Below the pieces are notes generated by a model that saw nothing but the letters and a program-made list of their open reading frames with translations, made no database searches and was not told the origin of the DNA. Below are positions 63,572-64,000 of a stretch of 64,000 nucleotides of DNA, one piece after another. Location of the stretch: assembly GCA_937922045.1 (NCBI GenBank), contig CAKZXA010000004.1, positions 42,878 to 106,877 of the forward strand, read 5' to 3'. The position numbers and the translations under genes are program-made. Source of the DNA: an uncultured Acidimicrobiales bacterium. Its GTDB lineage: Bacteria > Actinomycetota > Acidimicrobiia > Acidimicrobiales > SZUA-35. Position 1 is the stretch's first letter. Each line of letters starts with the position of its first letter.

Positions 63572-64000
63572 CCGTCGAGCTCTTCGGCACTGAACTGGCC
63601 GAGGTAGATGGGTGACGCATCGATGAGGGTGCGGTCATCCTCGTACGATCCGAGGACGAGGAAGGCGTTGGAGCCAACGATGACACCCTTGGCATTCACC
63701 TCGCCCAAGGTCTCGGCATGCCACTCGCGGCCATCGGGGCTGTAGATAACGAGATAGTCGGCCACTTCATCCACGACCCGGCGGCTGATGACAACAATGC
63801 CGAAGTCGCCTGACGCCACCGATGTCATGATGTGATCGGCGTAGTCGACAGTCGACTCAGCCAGCATCTCAGGCAACGTCTGCTCGGATCGTTCGCCGTC
63901 GGGGTCTTGGGCGACGAGCGCAGTTTTCAGGGCGCGCTCGCTCTGGAGACTCGGTTCGCGGATCCGGTAGGTGCTATCGCCGAACACCGCCTCGACACCG
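63568..64000 (-). CDS. Hypothetical protein (3' part; the ORF is open to the right edge), contains one BNR/Asp-box-like motif
   Basis: The frame has no stop up to position 64000. SPDGREW fits the Asp-box pattern SxDxGxxW. I recognise nothing else. Confidence 0.35.
   Translation of the reverse strand, partial: GVEAVFGDSTYRIREPSLQSERALKTALVAQDPDGERSEQTLPEMLAESTVDYADHIMTSVASGDFGIVVISRRVVDEVADYLVIYSPDGREWHAETLGEVNAKGVIVGSNAFLVLGSYEDDRTLIDASPIYLGQFSAEELDG

Overview
This is a GC-rich, very gene-dense chromosomal segment with about 55 protein genes. Most lie on the minus strand, and many junctions are ATGA or other 4-nt overlaps. It looks actinobacterial; Acidimicrobiia-like is only my inference, from the PspC-fused kinase, GTG/TTG starts and acidic lipoprotein tethers. 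The content is ordinary metabolism, transport and signalling:
- Transport: a BMP/nucleoside-type ABC importer, a peptide (Dpp/Opp-type) ABC importer with a fused permease-ATPase, and a branched-chain-amino-acid (Liv-type) ABC operon carrying a second permease pair.
- Metabolism: three acyl-CoA dehydrogenases, a crotonase, a giant indolepyruvate-ferredoxin-oxidoreductase-family gene with its Lrp regulator, PutA with an AraC/PAS regulator, gnd-zwf, xylulokinase, and CHM-isomerase/FAH/HAD genes.
- Signalling: a PspC-type envelope-stress module, an OmpR-type two-component pair, and a PAS-GGDEF-EAL protein.

I saw no rRNA, tRNA, CRISPR array, transposase, integrase or phage gene.

The most interesting items are:
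1. An otherwise intact Bcp-type peroxiredoxin whose only interruption is a TGA exactly at the catalytic cysteine codon. It is either a candidate selenoprotein or a very specific nonsense pseudogene.
2. A tightly overlapping aminotransferase / 2OG-oxygenase / PAT-like acetyltransferase / Baeyer-Villiger monooxygenase operon that I cannot map to a known pathway.
3. A Rieske-[2Fe-2S] domain fused to a glutamate-synthase-like FMN domain.
4. Perfect in-frame 15-bp tandem repeats inside two genes.
5. Strong hairpins after each of the three ABC binding-protein genes.
6. Several short repeat or palindrome candidates for operators.

All functional calls come from reading the supplied translations for motifs. 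No database search was possible.
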